Positions 61,576-64,000 of a stretch of 64,000 nucleotides of DNA are shown here, in pieces (the stretch's first letter is position 1; every line of letters starts with the position of its first letter). The notes beneath the pieces were generated by a model, which was given only the letters and a program-made list of their open reading frames with translations, was not told where the DNA came from and made no database searches. Source of the stretch: Thermoplasmatales archaeon. Its GTDB lineage: Archaea > Thermoplasmatota > Thermoplasmata > Thermoplasmatales > Thermoplasmataceae. The DNA lies in the NCBI GenBank assembly GCA_027310185.1, contig DAIDBH010000013.1, positions 20,629 to 84,628 on the forward strand, written 5' to 3'. The position numbers and the translations under genes were made by a program.

Positions 61576-62883
61576 ATGGAAAATAACAGAAATAGCATTA
61601 TAAATAAAGGAAAAAATAAGGAAAAGAAATTAGCATTTAGGGAATTATTTTTTATTTCATTTGGTGGACAGGCTCCATTCATTTCATTGCTGACATTCGG
61701 TACTGTCATGATTGCCATGGTGGGAACGGCCGGAGCATTTGCCATGATTATTGCTACAACAGTAGTATTCTTCAATGGACTGGTGGTTTATTTTCTTTCA
61801 AGAAAATATAAAAGAAGTGGAGGATATTATATATATGCCCTGTACGGGTTGTCCAGCGGCCTAGGTATAGAAACTGGTTGGTCTTACCTTTTATATGCAT
61901 TTGCATATGGAGGTACATTACTGGCCGGAGGTGCTTATGTTTTATCCTATGTACTAGGCATCAATCAAATACTTACAGTGCTACTCGTCTCTATACTGGC
62001 TTCTACAATAGTAATTGCAGGAATCAAGGTTTCAGCAAAATATGCCATGGTAATGTCAACAATAGAGATGGTAATAATAGTTGTATTATCTATAATATTT
62101 CTTCATAGCTCAGGCTGGCATTTTTATAATCCAGTAAGATATACACCATATCTTCTAGTTGCTGTTATATTTGGACTAGGCATTCCAACAGGTTATGGAT
62201 CAATCGCTCCATTGGGAGGTGATGCAAAAGATAGTAAAGCAATAGGTCGAGCAGCAATTACAGTTGTTCTATTTGGGGGTCTCCTTGCCACTCTATTTTT
62301 CTATTCTTTGGGGTCAATGAACTTTACAGGAAATCTAATAATTTATCTTATAACGCATTTCGGAATACTCGGAATAATTATAGTTCCCATTATAGCATTG
62401 AGTGATGGAATTCTGGGTGGTATTGCATACATACTAGCTAATTCTAGGACGTTAGGGGCAATGAGCGAAGATGAAATATTCCCCAAAATACTATCAAAAA
62501 AGTATAGAGGGAAGCCTGTGCTCTCTGAATTACTCATAGCTACCATATTTGTGGTCATCTTGAGTATAATGACTTACTTTGTGGGATTATATGCAACTTT
62601 TCTAGCACTTGGTGCTCTGGCAGGTTTAATGAACCTTATAATACATTCATCTGCAGATTTCTCTCTTATGAAAATTGCCAGCAGAAAAGGAAAGAAAAGA
62701 ATAAAAGAATTAACAGCAGGTTTCATAGCAGCTTCTGTATCAATATTCATATTAATAGATTCACTACCCGGCATATCTTTGATGATACAATATCTTTTCT
62801 TTGCATGGATAATAATAGGTTTCCTGTATGCTGAAACCTTTACTATCGTAAGAGAAACATCCAAAGAGACTACTGCAGATTAA
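61576..62883 (+). CDS. APC family permease (tandem paralog)
   Basis: Same SFGGQAPF, GGYY.Y, ETGW.YL.Y and GIPTGYG motifs. Confidence 0.88.
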   Translation: MENNRNSIINKGKNKEKKLAFRELFFISFGGQAPFISLLTFGTVMIAMVGTAGAFAMIIATTVVFFNGLVVYFLSRKYKRSGGYYIYALYGLSSGLGIETGWSYLLYAFAYGGTLLAGGAYVLSYVLGINQILTVLLVSILASTIVIAGIKVSAKYAMVMSTIEMVIIVVLSIIFLHSSGWHFYNPVRYTPYLLVAVIFGLGIPTGYGSIAPLGGDAKDSKAIGRAAITVVLFGGLLATLFFYSLGSMNFTGNLIIYLITHFGILGIIIVPIIALSDGILGGIAYILANSRTLGAMSEDEIFPKILSKKYRGKPVLSELLIATIFVVILSIMTYFVGLYATFLALGALAGLMNLIIHSSADFSLMKIASRKGKKRIKELTAGFIAASVSIFILIDSLPGISLMIQYLFFAWIIIGFLYAETFTIVRETSKETTAD

Positions 62884-62889
62884 TTTTAT

Positions 62890-63248
62890 CGGATCCCCCT
62901 CAACACTGGATGTGTATATAAGCAATCTATTACACTTCTATCCATGTAAATGGTTGAGAAGTGGCGATCTTTCCCTTGTCAATGAATATCTAGTTGTCCC
63001 TTCATTCTTCTGGGTCGAATCTATTTGGACGCATGAATGCGGACTTGATGCCCTTGCCATATTTATACACTCCATTATCGCTGATCTTTGGTATATGTGG
63101 TCAATTTCTCTAGGTATTTCTCAGTCATGATATTGGATAAGGTTGCAATCCCTGTAGTGCTATTCTCAGGACGTATGCCATGGCTATCTGAAGATCAAGT
63201 TGAATGATGGAATTGAAACTTTTTTTCAACAGTGTATTTCTCAATCAT
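62890..63248 (-). pseudogene. Highly degraded gene remnant, possibly HAD-family
   Basis: ATG behind GGTGA; scattered fragments GIATLSN and KGIKSAFMRP with several stops/frameshifts. Confidence 0.25.
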
Positions 63249-63371
63249 GTCAGATCACCCTGTCTCAGGGAGTGCCCCGGAGATCAACGAACCCGTGTGT
63301 AGACTCGCCCCTATATACCTTTAACAGTATATTGCCTCTATTATAAATGTCCAAATGATAAGGGAAGCGGA

Positions 63372-63578
63372 TCATGTATCATTGTGATACAGATCATTCA
63401 ATAATGGTGTGAATGCATCCCAGTCAATGGCATTCTTTACAAATGTTAAGGGATCATTTATCTTCATTGAAATGTACTTCTCCTACAATGCATGATCAAG
63501 CAGGTCACTCATGCTTTAACATGCGAGTTCCATGAATAAATGTTATGGCTCTTCTTTGAAGGTTATTAGAAAAACTCT
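63372..63578 (-). mobile_element. IS5-like transposase 5' remnant with probable terminal repeat
   Basis: MSDLLDHAL*EKYISMKINDPLTFVKNAIDWDAFTPLLNDLYHNDT* resembles archaeal IS5 transposase N-termini; candidate end AGAGTTTTTCTAATAACC at 63578-63561. Confidence 0.65.
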
Positions 63579-63621
63579 TATATTAATTTCAGTTCATACT
63601 TAAATAGTTAGGTGGATTTTA

Positions 63622-63863
63622 TTGACTTATAATCAAACTAAATTATACCGGAAATGGGGGTACGATATCCTAATAAATAACTTTGAACAAGAGTTCCGTC
63701 TCTTTTTAGCTAACGAAGTCTTCCTTTTGAAATTCGGCAAATCTTGGAAAGAATATGTGCCTAAGTCTATGTTTAGATCTGAGGATTTGGATCGAATTTC
63801 CGAACTAAGGGACGACGTTAGTATAGAAGAATATTTTGACGAACTTACACTTATTCACTTAAA
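63622..63863 (+). pseudogene. Truncated protein resembling a Swt1-like HEPN N-terminal half
   Basis: FEQEFRLFL....L.KFGKSW...VP ... EYFDELTL..LK pattern; frame ends a few codons into the adjacent element. Confidence 0.4.
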
Positions 63864-64000
63864 GGTGTCATGAAAGAAGTCTTGTTGACTTTGAACGAAT
63901 TCCAATATCCTTAATTACATTTTCCATGTCTTCCCTGCTGAATCCATGAGATATTGCAGATCTTGCTGCCATGTTCTTCAGCTTCTTCTCCTTCAGTGTT
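63864..64000 (-). mobile_element. Probable right end of an IS element with transposase C-terminus (continues beyond window)
   Basis: Open minus frame ..KNMAARSAISHGFSREDMENVIKDIGIRSKSTRLLS* whose stop (63868-63870) lies inside a GGTGTCATGAAAG terminus that cuts the upstream gene. Confidence 0.45.

Noticed and set aside
62912-63130. 72-aa plus-strand ORF
   Set aside because: No motif; antisense to degraded minus-strand gene fragments

Overview
Gene-dense archaeal chromosomal window, most likely a Thermoplasmatales acidophile (Cuniculiplasma-like; inferred from pheS, priL, srp19, rps8e, nep1, arcS, A1-U72 tRNA-Gln, CCA-less tRNAs and 'FTETGLPSG..W' surface repeats). It holds about 50 intact CDS and six tRNAs (His, Gly, Ala, Gln, Glu, Val). 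Notable blocks: (i) a 7-gene MoxR/DUF58 operon headed by a 1014-aa secreted beta-rich protein, with no transglutaminase gene; (ii) a membrane-anchored DUF3494 ice-binding-like protein with four Ig-like stalk repeats behind tRNA-Gly; (iii) a type IV pilus/Tad-like locus with two ATPases around two TadC-like genes and no pilin; (iv) treY-treZ, thrB-metB, hydantoinase/oxoprolinase A/B, a G1 glutamic peptidase and several peptide/amino-acid scavenging genes; (v) a decayed island from tRNA-Val to the window end (integrase pseudogene, unlisted RHH gene, tandem APC permeases, IS remnants, interrupted Swt1-like HEPN candidate). No rRNA or CRISPR array was seen. All family calls come from motif recognition by eye, not database searches.
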